From the IMG/VR virus record IMGVR_UViG_3300029566_000017: a stretch of DNA of 61,839 nucleotides; one strand, given 5' to 3'. The position numbers and the translations under genes were made by a program. Below, one piece after another: positions 43,436 to 53,720 of this stretch. This DNA is from a virus. Positions within the stretch are counted from its first letter, which is position 1; each line of letters starts with the position of its first letter. Below the pieces are notes generated by a model that searched no databases, was not told the origin of the DNA, and saw only the letters and a program-made list of their open reading frames with translations.

Positions 43436-43909
43436 ATGAGACAAGCAAAGTTTGAAGTAAAGAACAGAAAAATCGGTGCGAACACCTTTTATGTTCGTGC
43501 TCTTCCGCCGTTGCAAGGCTTGAAACTGTATGGTGACTTACAGAAAGCTATTACTGCCGCTTTAAAAGGCGGCTTAACATCTAACGGCGAAACGGAAGAT
43601 ATGAAAGAAGTATTGTTAGGTGCTCAAATCAATATCGGTGCTATCCTTGCGCAGTTAGGTGAAAGCTTTAATGGTGAAGTGCTGGCACAGTTCTCTGAAC
43701 GTCTGCTTGATGCTGAATATGTCAGCGTTAAGATTAAGGGTGAAGAAGAAGCTATTATGCTTACAGAAGATGTTATCAATGAGCTTTTTACTGGCAAGCT
43801 TGTTGAATTGCTTAAACTTGAAAAATTTATTATTGAGGTAAATTTTGGAGATTTTTTCGCTTTAATTCCCAACCTCTCTGGAGTCCGCGAGATGTTGGTG
43901 AGCAAGTAG
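43436..43909 (+). CDS. Tail assembly chaperone (gpG-like)
   Basis: Lies directly before the tape measure. Contains the slippery heptamer TTTTTTC near its 3' end. Confidence 0.6.
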   Translation: MRQAKFEVKNRKIGANTFYVRALPPLQGLKLYGDLQKAITAALKGGLTSNGETEDMKEVLLGAQINIGAILAQLGESFNGEVLAQFSERLLDAEYVSVKIKGEEEAIMLTEDVINELFTGKLVELLKLEKFIIEVNFGDFFALIPNLSGVREMLVSK

Positions 43910-44124
43910 AAATTCCCGGCACCTTATCACCAACGCTAACCGCTGAATCTTTTATTTGGCGGCCAGTGTTGGCTAAGGTAGTTACTGTTACGGAGATAAA
44001 AGAAGGTACTGTTACATTAAGCGATTTATGTAAAATAAACGCTCTGCTTGACATGCAGAGTGATGTACAAAGATATTATCTTGACCACCCTAAAAAGAAA
44101 GGAGCTGATGCGCCGTGGACGTAA
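43852..44124 (+). CDS. Putative -1 frameshift extension of the tail assembly chaperone (gpGT-like)
   Basis: Slippery site T TTT TTC at 43852-43858. The -1 frame stays open to a TAA at 44122-44124. Confidence 0.5.
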   Translation, partial: FFRFNSQPLWSPRDVGEQVEIPGTLSPTLTAESFIWRPVLAKVVTVTEIKEGTVTLSDLCKINALLDMQSDVQRYYLDHPKKKGADAPWT

Positions 44125-45950
44125 GAAGTTTAGCTATTGCGATTGGCTTCAAAGTAAATAACTCAAATGTTAAGCAAGTAGAGCAGACAACCAAAAAAGT
44201 TAAAACAGGCCTTGAACGTGTTGGCGATTCTGCTGATAAAGCTGGCAATAAAGTAGACAGTTTGTTTTCGAAGTTAAGTGGTCTTGCTATGTTCGCTGGC
44301 GTTTCGCTAACTCTTGGAAGTATCGTTAAAACGATTGACGAATGGAAGGTTATTGAAGGTCAGGTAAATAACGTAACCAAAAGCCAGCAGGAATCAAAAG
44401 CTGTTCAGAAAGAAATTTACAACATTGCCAGCCGTACTCGTCAGCAATACGGTTCTACCGCCGAGCTTTTTACTTCTGTTGCACGTAATGCGCAGGAGTT
44501 AAAGAAAAGCACAAAAGACATCCTGCTGTTTACCGAGGATGTTTCAAACGCAATGCTGCTCGGTGGCGGTTCTGCTGCATCCCAGGAAGCTGCGCTTGTA
44601 CAGTTAGGACAGGCGTTGGGTTCTGGCACATTACGTGGTGATGAATTGAACTCCATTATGGAGCAAGCACCTAGACTTGCCAAAGCTATTGCCGAAGGCA
44701 TGGGCACTACAATCGGACAGTTAAGGCAGATGGGCAGTGAAGGCAAATTAACTGCACAGGATGTTTTTAATGCTATTCGCGGACAATCTGACCGCTTAAA
44801 AATGGAGTTAGGTAAAATGCCTTGGACAGTTGGCCAGGCAACAAACAAGATGCAAAATGCGCTTGGAAAGTTTTTCAAAGAATTTGAGGATAAGACGGGC
44901 ATAGTTGATGGCATAGCGAAACGCATGGCAAAATTTGCAGACTACATCGAGAACATTAACCTTGATAACTTTATTTCTGGGTTGAAAATTGCAGCGATTT
45001 ATGCAGGCATTCTTTTCGGCATGGCAAAATGGAGCAGTTTTGTAATGATGCTCGGAACTGCTGTGAAGTGGATTGTTGCTGTACGAGATGCTTTATTCTT
45101 GGCAACCGGGGCGCAAATAGCATTCAATAGCCAAACACGAAGGGGAGCGGCTATGCAGATGCTGTTAATGGGTAAATTCCTTCTGATTGCAGCTGCGATT
45201 GCTCTTGTTGTTTTGCTTATACAGGATTTTTATAAGTGGGTAACTGACCCGAAGGCAGACACCATGATGAAACGCTGGTTTGGAGATTTTGAACCTATAA
45301 AAAATAAATTCATAGACTTCAAAGACAGTGTTATTCAATGGTTTAGCGATATTGGAACAGCTATCGCTTTTGTGCCTAAGCTTATCTATGAGTTATTTAA
45401 ATTGGCGTTCGAAGGTATTTGGAATTTAACTTCTTGGCTGTGGGAAGGAATAGGCAATGCTTTTGTTTCCGGACTTGCTGCAATAGGCTATGTTATAGCT
45501 GGAGTTATTATGCTGTTTGTTAACGCTTTCAAGTTTATACAAGATAGTTTGACAGTTTTGGCCACATTCTTTGCTGATACCATAAATTCGGGATGGCAGC
45601 TAATAACCGGCTTCTTTGACAATATGATTAAATGGGTAAAAGACGCTATTAAGTGGGTTGACAACTTAATCAGCAAGCTGAACATCATGCAAGGCGTGAA
45701 AGATTTTGTGAACAGCAATATTATTGACCCTATTTCTAATTTTGGCAGCACTGCCGTAAACCGCTTGTTAGGCAATCCGACTACCACAAACACTTCATCC
45801 AGCATTTCTAATAGTGGCAACACAACGAATTATATCCAGGTTACAACCGCCAGCACTTCTCCAGAAGCGACAGCAACTGCGGTGGGCAATGTTGTTAGTC
45901 GCAATAACGGCTGGCCAGTTGATAGCTACTTTCCTTTAAGCGAGGTATAG
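44115..45950 (+). CDS. Tail tape measure protein
   Basis: TMP N-terminal motif LGQALGSGTLRGDELNSIMEQAPRLAKAIAEGMG. Hydrophobic central segments. GTG start after AAAGGAG. Confidence 0.85.
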   Translation: MDVRSLAIAIGFKVNNSNVKQVEQTTKKVKTGLERVGDSADKAGNKVDSLFSKLSGLAMFAGVSLTLGSIVKTIDEWKVIEGQVNNVTKSQQESKAVQKEIYNIASRTRQQYGSTAELFTSVARNAQELKKSTKDILLFTEDVSNAMLLGGGSAASQEAALVQLGQALGSGTLRGDELNSIMEQAPRLAKAIAEGMGTTIGQLRQMGSEGKLTAQDVFNAIRGQSDRLKMELGKMPWTVGQATNKMQNALGKFFKEFEDKTGIVDGIAKRMAKFADYIENINLDNFISGLKIAAIYAGILFGMAKWSSFVMMLGTAVKWIVAVRDALFLATGAQIAFNSQTRRGAAMQMLLMGKFLLIAAAIALVVLLIQDFYKWVTDPKADTMMKRWFGDFEPIKNKFIDFKDSVIQWFSDIGTAIAFVPKLIYELFKLAFEGIWNLTSWLWEGIGNAFVSGLAAIGYVIAGVIMLFVNAFKFIQDSLTVLATFFADTINSGWQLITGFFDNMIKWVKDAIKWVDNLISKLNIMQGVKDFVNSNIIDPISNFGSTAVNRLLGNPTTTNTSSSISNSGNTTNYIQVTTASTSPEATATAVGNVVSRNNGWPVDSYFPLSEV

Positions 45951-45954
45951 TAAT

Positions 45955-46623
45955 ATGCTTGCAGACATTTTAGGTTACAACATTAAAAATCCTACGCAGG
46001 TTGGTTCTCTTAAGGTTGATATAGTAAAATCTTTTGAATACACCTATGATCAGGATGTAACAGGACACCCGGTAGAAACAGGTTTTGAAATTGCGGACCA
46101 TATTGTCAACAAGCCTTTAAAACTGACAATGACTGTCGGCATTTCGTCTACTCCTGTAACGTGGTTCTATAAGAATGGGTGGGGAGAAAAGAAATTTGCT
46201 AACGGTTTGCAGCTTTTAGAGGAAATCAGAGATAAGAAGGAGCCTGTAACTATCATTCGTCCCGAGAAGAAGTATGACAACATGGTTATGACTTCTTGCC
46301 GAGTAAGCAAACAGGATTCGTCGAAAAGCATTATTTATGCTGACTTAGCTTTTCAGCAGATTGTAAAAGTAACTACGCAGACAACGGCAATTCCCGAAAA
46401 CGTTGTAACAGCGTCGCAGGAAGAAAATGCGGGAGAAACTGCGGCAAACGCTGGCGCAGGAAAAACATCTTCTGTTGACGTTGGCGGAGGTTCTGCTAAT
46501 ATTCCTGGCAGTGACGGTTTTGGTGGCATTAGTGATTCTCTAGGAAGCGAAACCGCAACAAATAAAAGCTGGCTTGCTGGCGGAGTTGACAGCGTTAAAA
46601 GCGGATTAGGCTTGCTGTTTTAG
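45955..46623 (+). CDS. Tail/baseplate protein
   Basis: Assigned by position. Confidence 0.45.
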   Translation: MLADILGYNIKNPTQVGSLKVDIVKSFEYTYDQDVTGHPVETGFEIADHIVNKPLKLTMTVGISSTPVTWFYKNGWGEKKFANGLQLLEEIRDKKEPVTIIRPEKKYDNMVMTSCRVSKQDSSKSIIYADLAFQQIVKVTTQTTAIPENVVTASQEENAGETAANAGAGKTSSVDVGGGSANIPGSDGFGGISDSLGSETATNKSWLAGGVDSVKSGLGLLF

Positions 46624-46632
46624 GAGGATACC

Positions 46633-46953
46633 ATGTTTACGATTAATTTTGCCGATGGTAACGATGTTGTTTTCAGCATTCCTTTTGACGGCAAGAAATA
46701 TAAAGTAAGAATGTGCTGGAACCATGAAGGGCAATTCTGGGCATTGCACCTTTGGAACGCTAATAACAATGTAATCCTTGCTAACGCTTGCGTTGTACCG
46801 AAATTTCCCTTGCTGATGAATCACCATAAAAGTAATGCTCCTAGAGGGGAATTACTTGTCTTGACGGACAAAGAAAGCGTCGGCAGAAATGATTTTCAGA
46901 GCGGTGCTGCGACGCTCGTGTATTGCACGGAAAATGAATTTTATGGAGGTTAG
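46633..46953 (+). CDS. Tail/baseplate protein
   Basis: Assigned by position. Confidence 0.45.
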   Translation: MFTINFADGNDVVFSIPFDGKKYKVRMCWNHEGQFWALHLWNANNNVILANACVVPKFPLLMNHHKSNAPRGELLVLTDKESVGRNDFQSGAATLVYCTENEFYGG

Positions 46954-46955
46954 CT

Positions 46956-47858
46956 ATGGCACAATTTGACCGCATCTATAAAATTACTCTAGGCGTACAA
47001 GGTTCTGACGGCGTTGTTATTGAAGCAAAGGCGAAAGAACAGGGATTAGAGATTGAGTTCGACATTGCAAAAAGTCTTGCTAAGCAAAGCAATTCCTGTT
47101 CACTGAAAATTTATAACTTGTCAAAAGCGACAGCCGATAAATTGGAAAGAGCAGATACAATCTGCATCCTTGAAGTGGGGTACAGCGAGGACGCTGGATT
47201 AAAGAGAATTTTCATCGGCTGGGTAACTGACTGTTATTCCTACATGAGCGGTTCTGACAAAGTAACAGAGATGAAGCTTTATGATGGGCACGTTGCTATC
47301 CGTGATAGTATCGTGTCCTTGTCTTACGCTAAAGATGTTAGCAGAAAGAAAGCTATTGACGATGTTGCAGCAGATATGGGACTTGTAGTAACGTATGCTG
47401 ATGATTGCGAATTTACGACGTTTGCCAATGGCTTTTCTTTTGTTGGTGCAGGACGTGAGTGCCTTGATAAAGTGTGTGCTGGTACTGATTTGGAATGGAG
47501 TATTCAAAACAACACCTTGCAGATTATTAAGCAAGGCGGTAATACCAATGTACAAGCTATCAAGCTTACTCCCGAAAGCGGATTAATTGGTTTTGTTGAA
47601 AAACTTCTTAAAGGTCCGACAAAAGCAGCAAAACAAACAACAAGCAAAAAGACTACACAACCTAAAAGGGATAAAAAAGCAGGCTGGAATGTTAAGTGCC
47701 TTTTACAGCCTGTATTAAACCCAGGAGATTTGGTCTACATTGATTCACAGGAAGTAAAAGGCTGGTTCAAAATAGAAAGTTTAAAGCATAACGGCTCGTA
47801 TAGCGGACAGAATTGGTATACGGAGCTTGAAGTGTATGAGATTGTACCGAAGGAGTGA
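46956..47858 (+). CDS. Baseplate hub-like protein
   Basis: Assigned by position. Confidence 0.45.
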   Translation: MAQFDRIYKITLGVQGSDGVVIEAKAKEQGLEIEFDIAKSLAKQSNSCSLKIYNLSKATADKLERADTICILEVGYSEDAGLKRIFIGWVTDCYSYMSGSDKVTEMKLYDGHVAIRDSIVSLSYAKDVSRKKAIDDVAADMGLVVTYADDCEFTTFANGFSFVGAGRECLDKVCAGTDLEWSIQNNTLQIIKQGGNTNVQAIKLTPESGLIGFVEKLLKGPTKAAKQTTSKKTTQPKRDKKAGWNVKCLLQPVLNPGDLVYIDSQEVKGWFKIESLKHNGSYSGQNWYTELEVYEIVPKE

Positions 47859-47864
47859 TTATGT

Positions 47865-48449
47865 ATGAGCCTTGATGCAACAGCGGACACGCTAGAGGGA
47901 TTAGAAAATCTTATGAAGCAGAAAATAGGCAATATTCACACCTGCTTGCCAGGTACGATTTTGTCTTTCGATGCTGCAACCTGCCTTGCCAGTGTAAAGG
48001 CAACGCTAAAGAAATACACCTCCGATAGCAGAGTTCTTGAATACCCGGTTATTGACGGTGTTCCTGTTTTTATGCCACACGCAGGAGCGGCTCAGATTAC
48101 ATATCCTGTAAAGTCTGGTGATGGTTGCTTAATTGTTTTTTCTGAGCGTAGTATTGATGAATGGTTAGGCGCAGGGAGTGACGACAACCACGACCCACGG
48201 CAATATGATTTGACTGATGGCTTCTGTTTTGTCGGAATGATGCCCTCGCAGTCAATATCTGCTGAAAATGTTGAAGTTATTAACGGCAGTACAAAAATTA
48301 GCCTTACGCCTGGTAACACGATTAATGTTGTCGGGAATATTAATGTTCAAGGGACAATAACTTGCACAGGTGATGTACAGGGTGGCGGTATTAGCCTTAT
48401 AGGACATACACATTCGTACCATCATGGAACTACGAGTTCGTCACAGTAA
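47865..48449 (+). CDS. Baseplate assembly protein V / spike-like
   Basis: gpV-like OB region (GDGCLIVFSE). Short C-terminal region. RBS AAGGAGTGA. Confidence 0.5.
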   Translation: MSLDATADTLEGLENLMKQKIGNIHTCLPGTILSFDAATCLASVKATLKKYTSDSRVLEYPVIDGVPVFMPHAGAAQITYPVKSGDGCLIVFSERSIDEWLGAGSDDNHDPRQYDLTDGFCFVGMMPSQSISAENVEVINGSTKISLTPGNTINVVGNINVQGTITCTGDVQGGGISLIGHTHSYHHGTTSSSQ

Positions 48450-48461
48450 AGGAGGGACGCT

Positions 48462-49124
48462 ATGAAGAAAGAAGATGTTTTGAGAGCCTACCAGGAACAA
48501 AAAGCGGCTTGTATTGTGGCGTTTCCTACACTAACAAGCTCATGGACGTATTTTGTCCAGCTTGAAAAAGCTATTGATAGTTATTTTAGCAATGCTGATA
48601 GTGTATCTGATTCTGTTCGTGCTGTTATTCGTGGTGCTTATGTATCGCAGACAAAAGCGGCATTAAAGTGCAAAGATGACGAAAAGTATGGCATTGAATA
48701 CAATAGTGAGGTAGGCAGTATTGATTTAACACCATATTGGTATACATGGGAATGGCTGAAAGAAAATCTTGCCGATAAAATCAGATATACTACATCTGAG
48801 GCATCGGGGCAGGCAGAAGGCAGTGCTGGCGAAAAGATTGTTGATGCTGAACAGCCGGAGCTTGATTTTGTTATCAAGGATATTTCGACAGCTAGGGTTA
48901 CTGAAGCTGCACAGATTAATGATTATGCGGAATCGTTTTGGCAAGGTAACAGCAAGGTGGATTTTATTTGCCTTGTAGAGGATAGAGGTAATGTTGTAAA
49001 AACACCCGATAAGAAAGCGATTGTAAAAAAACTTTATATTGATTGTGGTTTGCTTACACAAATTCAAGAAAACGGCTTGGATATATATGTTCCTAGTTAT
49101 TTAGGAGGTGTCGGCAATGCTTGA
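48462..49124 (+). CDS. Baseplate-associated hypothetical protein
   Basis: RBS AAGGAGGGA. Confidence 0.45.
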   Translation: MKKEDVLRAYQEQKAACIVAFPTLTSSWTYFVQLEKAIDSYFSNADSVSDSVRAVIRGAYVSQTKAALKCKDDEKYGIEYNSEVGSIDLTPYWYTWEWLKENLADKIRYTTSEASGQAEGSAGEKIVDAEQPELDFVIKDISTARVTEAAQINDYAESFWQGNSKVDFICLVEDRGNVVKTPDKKAIVKKLYIDCGLLTQIQENGLDIYVPSYLGGVGNA

Positions 49125-49494
49125 CCTTGCTTTAAACGCAAAGACACACGACCTTGCACTTAATGGAGACGTAATGTTTATTGATGATGTTGAGCGTGTA
49201 GCACAGCAGATAAAAATACAGTTGCTTACTTTTCTTGGCGAATGGTTTTTGGACGTTACGCATGGCGTACCTTATCTCGATTATGTGCTTGTTAAAAATC
49301 CTAATTTTACGCTAATTAGAGAGCTTTTCCGTGAGCAGATTTTAAAGGTTGACGGAGTGAGTAATTTAGTCAGCATTGATATTGATTTTGAATCTGCTAC
49401 ACGAAAAATGTTATTAAGCTATGAAGCGGAAACTGAATACGGCATGATTGTAAGGAAGGAGGTTTTAGGCTATGGAGTACGGAGTAACAGTTAA
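49108..49494 (+). CDS. Baseplate wedge protein W / gp25-like
   Basis: GPW-like pattern Q.IKIQLLTFLGEWFLD...GVPY. Confidence 0.55.
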   Translation: MSAMLDLALNAKTHDLALNGDVMFIDDVERVAQQIKIQLLTFLGEWFLDVTHGVPYLDYVLVKNPNFTLIRELFREQILKVDGVSNLVSIDIDFESATRKMLLSYEAETEYGMIVRKEVLGYGVRSNS

Positions 49495-50887
49495 CGGTTT
49501 TGTTAGAAAGCGTTTGCCGGAGATTCGAGAAGATATTTTTAAAAGATTGGAGCAAAATTTAGGCTCAACAGTTAGCCGTCAACCTAACAGCATGATAGGC
49601 GTTCTCGTTGGCGTGTATGCTGCTGAACTTGACAGAATGTGGCAACTTTTAGAGCGTGATTATTATGACCGCTCGCCGATTAGTGCCAGCGAAGGCAGTT
49701 TAGATAATACGCTTGCTTACACCAATGTGCAGCGCAAGAAAGCTCAGGCAAGCTATCTCTATGCTGTATGTTATGGACGCAGCGGAATGGTTCTTCCTGC
49801 TAACTGCCAGATTAAAGATGTTTCCGGCTACAAATGGAATATCATTGAAGAAAGTACAATCACTCTTAATGACTGTGTGCATGTAACGCTAGAAGTTGAA
49901 ACGCCGATTAAAGGAAAGGTTTATAGTGTACAGTTTGATAATGATGCAGTTATAAAATACACGGCACAGGAAAATGATACTGCGTTGATTGTCGCTGTTG
50001 CCTTGGCTTCTCAAAGCGTTCCTAAATGGCAAGGCAGTATTGTTGAAGGCAAACTGGTTTTTGAACGCTCTGACAGGCGATATGGAGCTGTGGTTGTGCC
50101 TAACGAATCATTTGTAGTGACGCAGGTCGGCAGTCCTATTCGTTTTGATTGTGAGGAATACGGAGAAATCGAGCCTTTGCTAAACAGCGTAAATTATATC
50201 AACACAAATTATGACGGCTGGTTTTCTGTTAGCAATGAATCTGAAACATATGTAGGGCGTGACTATGAAACAGCATCAGAAGTCCGTCAGCGTTATGCGT
50301 CTGCTGTATTCAGAAACAGCATAGGGATGAAAGAAAGTATTAAGGCTGCCTTGCTTGAATTGCAGGATGTCACCAGCGTAACTATTTATGAAAACCGCAC
50401 TGATGAAACAGTTGCTGGCTTAAAACCTCATTCTTTCCAAGCTATTGTTTTCGGTGGTGATGAAGAAGCTATTGCTCGCACTATCTTAAATGTTGCACCG
50501 TTAGGCATTGATACGAACGGCGATATTTGCGTTCGCATTGAGGATAGCGAAGGTGCAGCGCAAGATGTATGCTTTAGCCGTCCGCATGAGGTGCAGATTT
50601 ATGTCAAGGTTATTATCAAAGAATATAACGAAGAAATTTTACCCGGTGATGCAATCGATAAAATTAAAAATATCGTTTTTGAACAGATTAGCAAGCTGTC
50701 GATGGGCAATGATGTTATTTATCAGCGTTTGCTTGGTCCTATTTACAGCGGCGTTGACGGCATTAGCTATATTGAGTGCAGCGTGTCTAAAGACGGTCAA
50801 ACGTATAAGCAGGAAAACATTTCGATTGAACGTAATGAGCTGGCAGTAACAAAGCTTGCTAATGTTACTGTAGCTTTGGAGTTATGA
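49472..50887 (+). CDS. Baseplate J-like protein
   Basis: About 470 aa, following the W-like protein. Confidence 0.5.
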   Translation: MEYGVTVNGFVRKRLPEIREDIFKRLEQNLGSTVSRQPNSMIGVLVGVYAAELDRMWQLLERDYYDRSPISASEGSLDNTLAYTNVQRKKAQASYLYAVCYGRSGMVLPANCQIKDVSGYKWNIIEESTITLNDCVHVTLEVETPIKGKVYSVQFDNDAVIKYTAQENDTALIVAVALASQSVPKWQGSIVEGKLVFERSDRRYGAVVVPNESFVVTQVGSPIRFDCEEYGEIEPLLNSVNYINTNYDGWFSVSNESETYVGRDYETASEVRQRYASAVFRNSIGMKESIKAALLELQDVTSVTIYENRTDETVAGLKPHSFQAIVFGGDEEAIARTILNVAPLGIDTNGDICVRIEDSEGAAQDVCFSRPHEVQIYVKVIIKEYNEEILPGDAIDKIKNIVFEQISKLSMGNDVIYQRLLGPIYSGVDGISYIECSVSKDGQTYKQENISIERNELAVTKLANVTVALEL

Positions 50888-51576
50888 TTATGGCTACAAG
50901 CGAAAGAATGTATAACCATTTGTTAAGTCAGTTTCGCAACAAGCCTAACATTAAAGCTTTTCTTAATGCCGTCGGAAACGAACTCGACAGCATAGATAAA
51001 GTAAGGGAGCAGATAAGAACACAGATATGGCCAGATACGGCAGTTGGTAAGCAGCTTGATATGTGCGGTGAAGTCGCTGATATTTCTCGCCGTGTTGAAA
51101 ATGCTATTGCAATGGATTTTTTTGGTTTTCCTGATCATGGCAACATGGGATTCGGACAAGCTCCGTTTAGACGTATGTATGATAATTATCTTACATCCAG
51201 CGATTTAAACGACCGTTATTATCGTCTTGCTGTTATCTCGAAGATTGAGAAAAATACAACTGACTGTTCTCGTGTTAGTACCATACATAGTATAAAGAAT
51301 GTTTTTAACGTTGAACGTGTTTCTGCTGTAAATGCCGGAAATGCTAAAATGCGCATAGGAATAGGGCGTTTGGTAACCAGTAAAGAAAGCCGTTTAATTG
51401 ATGCACTGAACCTTATTATCCGTGGCGCAGGTATCGGCGTTATTTATGTTTATTCTTTTGATGCTGCAAATACGTTCGGTTTCAGCAGAAGCGGAGAAAA
51501 TCCCTATAGGTTTAAAGGTTTTAACCAAGGAACATTCGCAAGGATTATAAAAGTGAAAGGGGGACTTGTTGAATAA
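50884..51576 (+). CDS. Tail protein I-like (DUF2313-like)
   Basis: Assigned by position after J. Confidence 0.45.
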   Translation: MIMATSERMYNHLLSQFRNKPNIKAFLNAVGNELDSIDKVREQIRTQIWPDTAVGKQLDMCGEVADISRRVENAIAMDFFGFPDHGNMGFGQAPFRRMYDNYLTSSDLNDRYYRLAVISKIEKNTTDCSRVSTIHSIKNVFNVERVSAVNAGNAKMRIGIGRLVTSKESRLIDALNLIIRGAGIGVIYVYSFDAANTFGFSRSGENPYRFKGFNQGTFARIIKVKGGLVE

Positions 51577-52025
51577 TGGTAATGAAACAGCCTACTTTTG
51601 ATTTGATTTTTGGTAGTAGCGCAAGCATTGGTGAGATGATTGATTCTTGGCCTGAGCTTGATTACCTTCGTGGTTGGGGTTATCTTGACAAAGGAGAAGC
51701 GCCGCCGCTTGAATACTTTAACAAATTGCAAAATGTTAGCGATTTAAAAAGTCAATACCTTTTTAACAGCTTAAACATTCGTAAGAACAATACATCTTAT
51801 GTTAATGGCGATATTGTATTGTCACCTAACTTGCCTAAAAGTCTTGTGTTAGCATGTACTGTTGGCGGCGATACAGCTGTGAGTGAGCCAGATTTTCGAG
51901 AAGCTGTGCTCGGAGCAACTTATACTGATGGCTCAGTGACATGGGAGGTTATTCCGAGAGCTTACAAATTGAAGACGGCAACTGAATCTGAAATTCAGAA
52001 TTTGATTACAAAGGAGCTGGCATAA
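51576..52025 (+). CDS. Hypothetical tail fibre-associated protein
   Basis: ORF. Confidence 0.45.
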   Translation: MVMKQPTFDLIFGSSASIGEMIDSWPELDYLRGWGYLDKGEAPPLEYFNKLQNVSDLKSQYLFNSLNIRKNNTSYVNGDIVLSPNLPKSLVLACTVGGDTAVSEPDFREAVLGATYTDGSVTWEVIPRAYKLKTATESEIQNLITKELA

Positions 52026-52447
52026 TGGCTAACTTTCAAAAATTAATTGACCTTGACGGATTAAACTATTTTTTAGGGCAGATTAAAGCAAAATTTGTTC
52101 GTTCGGTTAACGGCGCAAAACCCGATTCTAAAGGAAATGTTAACATTGCTAATATGGAAGGTGCAACATCTAACGCTGCTGGCAAGGCAGGACTTGTTCC
52201 AGTTCCGGCAGCAGGAAAGCAGGATATGGCATTGTGTGGTGATGCTACATATAAAGTTCTTCCTATTGCTGGTGGTGGCACTGGGCAAACAACTGTTGCC
52301 GGTATTCGCAATGTTTTGGGTTTAGGCAACACGAGCGGCGCATTGCCTATTGCTAATGGTGGTACAGGAGCTACAACTCCTGAAGCTGCAAGAAAAAATC
52401 TTGGCATTGATAGTATAGGCGTAACAATGATTACCTATACAGAATAA
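52025..52447 (+). CDS. Tail fibre protein with an N-terminal module
   Basis: Motifs IAGGGTGQTTVAGIRNVLGLGNTSGALPIANGGTGATTPEAARKNLGI are typical of fibre N-termini in Firmicute prophages. Confidence 0.55.
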   Translation: MANFQKLIDLDGLNYFLGQIKAKFVRSVNGAKPDSKGNVNIANMEGATSNAAGKAGLVPVPAAGKQDMALCGDATYKVLPIAGGGTGQTTVAGIRNVLGLGNTSGALPIANGGTGATTPEAARKNLGIDSIGVTMITYTE

Positions 52448-52457
52448 GAGGTATATT

Positions 52458-52646
52458 ATGGCTGATAAAGTAGATGTAGTTACATCGTGGAGTAATGCTG
52501 GAACTTATACCTTCACCGTTCCGGAAGGTGTTACTGAAATTACTGTAGAGATTTCAGGAGCTGGAGCTGGCGGTTACGGAAGAAATTACAACAATAGTGG
52601 TAGCGGTGGTAGCGCTGGCGAAGGAAGCGGCGGTGAAGGTAACTAA
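52458..52646 (+). CDS. 62-aa Gly-rich peptide: a truncated glycine-rich domain, and a candidate substrate or precursor for the adjacent radical SAM enzyme
   Basis: Sequence ...TYTFTVPEGVTEITVEISGAGAGGYGRNYNNSGSGGSAGEGSGGEGN. It resembles the start of the Gly-rich domains in 53721-55487. RBS AAGAGGT. Confidence 0.45.
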   Translation: MADKVDVVTSWSNAGTYTFTVPEGVTEITVEISGAGAGGYGRNYNNSGSGGSAGEGSGGEGN

Positions 52647-52653
52647 AACGATC

Positions 52654-53718
52654 ATGAAAAACTTTAGTGAAGAAATACATAAGCTTAATGACCTTGGAGC
52701 TATTTACCTTCTTCTTGGTGCTACCTGTAATATGTCATGTAGGCATTGCGTTCAGACCCCTATAAAAAGCTGCTTTAACCTTTCTCCGCAAGGGGAAAAC
52801 TTATCGCAAGAGGTTAAAGACTTTATAGTTGCGTGGAGTAACCTGCCTTGGAAATACGCTGAAAATAATCCGCGCCGATTATATTTTTGGGGTGGAGAAC
52901 CTTTGCTTTATTGGGAAACCATTAAGAAGCTTGTGCTTGAATTTAAACAAAGCGGCGTAAAGAATGTCAGCTATAGAATTTTTAGCAATGGATTGCTTTT
53001 AAATGATGAAATAGTTGACTTCTGTAATGAGAATGATATTTGGTTTATTATGAGCTATGATGCACCAAATGCAAGAGCGGCGAGAAATGCAGTACCTAGT
53101 AAAGAAGCCTGCAAGAAGTTTTTACGTATAAGAAAAAGAACTGTCAATACTGTTTTTAATGCTATTAATGATAATATGGCAGAAGCTTTTGATTGGCTAC
53201 ATTATACGTTTCCTGAAACAGAAATTACTTGCGGTTTTATTAATGTATTAAGTGAGAATACTCCATTGGATTTGTATGAGTTTAAACCGAGTGCAGTAAA
53301 AAAAGCGGTTAAGAATTTGTGGCTGATCGCAAAATCTGATAGTAAGATTGCTCCATATATTCGACATTGGTTCTACTCAAAAATTTTGCGTGTAAGGAAT
53401 TTTGATAAAGAAGAATTTTATGAATATCCTTATCCGCCTTGCCGTCCTGCCGTTGTAAGCCTTAGCGTAAATTTTAACGGAGAAGTTATGCTGTGTCATA
53501 ATACTGATAGAATTGTTGGGCATATTACAGATAACTTTGTAGAGTTACAAGAAAAGCATAGAAAAATTTTCAATGAACTTCTGCCTGTTAAATGTAAAAC
53601 TTGTGAGCATTTGGATATTTGCCGTTGCATTTGTCCTATTGCGGTGCAAAAAGATGGCGAATTATGTTATTGTGAATATTTGCGGGAATTTTGGGGAGCA
53701 GTAAAAGAGGTGATGTAG
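52654..53718 (+). CDS. Radical SAM enzyme with a SPASM-like C-terminal Cys cluster
   Basis: Motifs CNMSCRHC (CxxxCxxC), GGEPLL, and C-terminal CRPA...C..C.....C.C.C...C.C. Confidence 0.75.
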   Translation: MKNFSEEIHKLNDLGAIYLLLGATCNMSCRHCVQTPIKSCFNLSPQGENLSQEVKDFIVAWSNLPWKYAENNPRRLYFWGGEPLLYWETIKKLVLEFKQSGVKNVSYRIFSNGLLLNDEIVDFCNENDIWFIMSYDAPNARAARNAVPSKEACKKFLRIRKRTVNTVFNAINDNMAEAFDWLHYTFPETEITCGFINVLSENTPLDLYEFKPSAVKKAVKNLWLIAKSDSKIAPYIRHWFYSKILRVRNFDKEEFYEYPYPPCRPAVVSLSVNFNGEVMLCHNTDRIVGHITDNFVELQEKHRKIFNELLPVKCKTCEHLDICRCICPIAVQKDGELCYCEYLREFWGAVKEVM

Positions 53719-53720
53719 AA

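Noticed and set aside
52597-52653. An upstream in-frame extension of the radical SAM ORF (MVAVVALAKEAAVKV...) overlapping the Gly-rich peptide gene
   Set aside because: The extension has no RBS. It is the +1 reading of GGT/GGC-rich codons. The ATG at 52654 is taken as the start.
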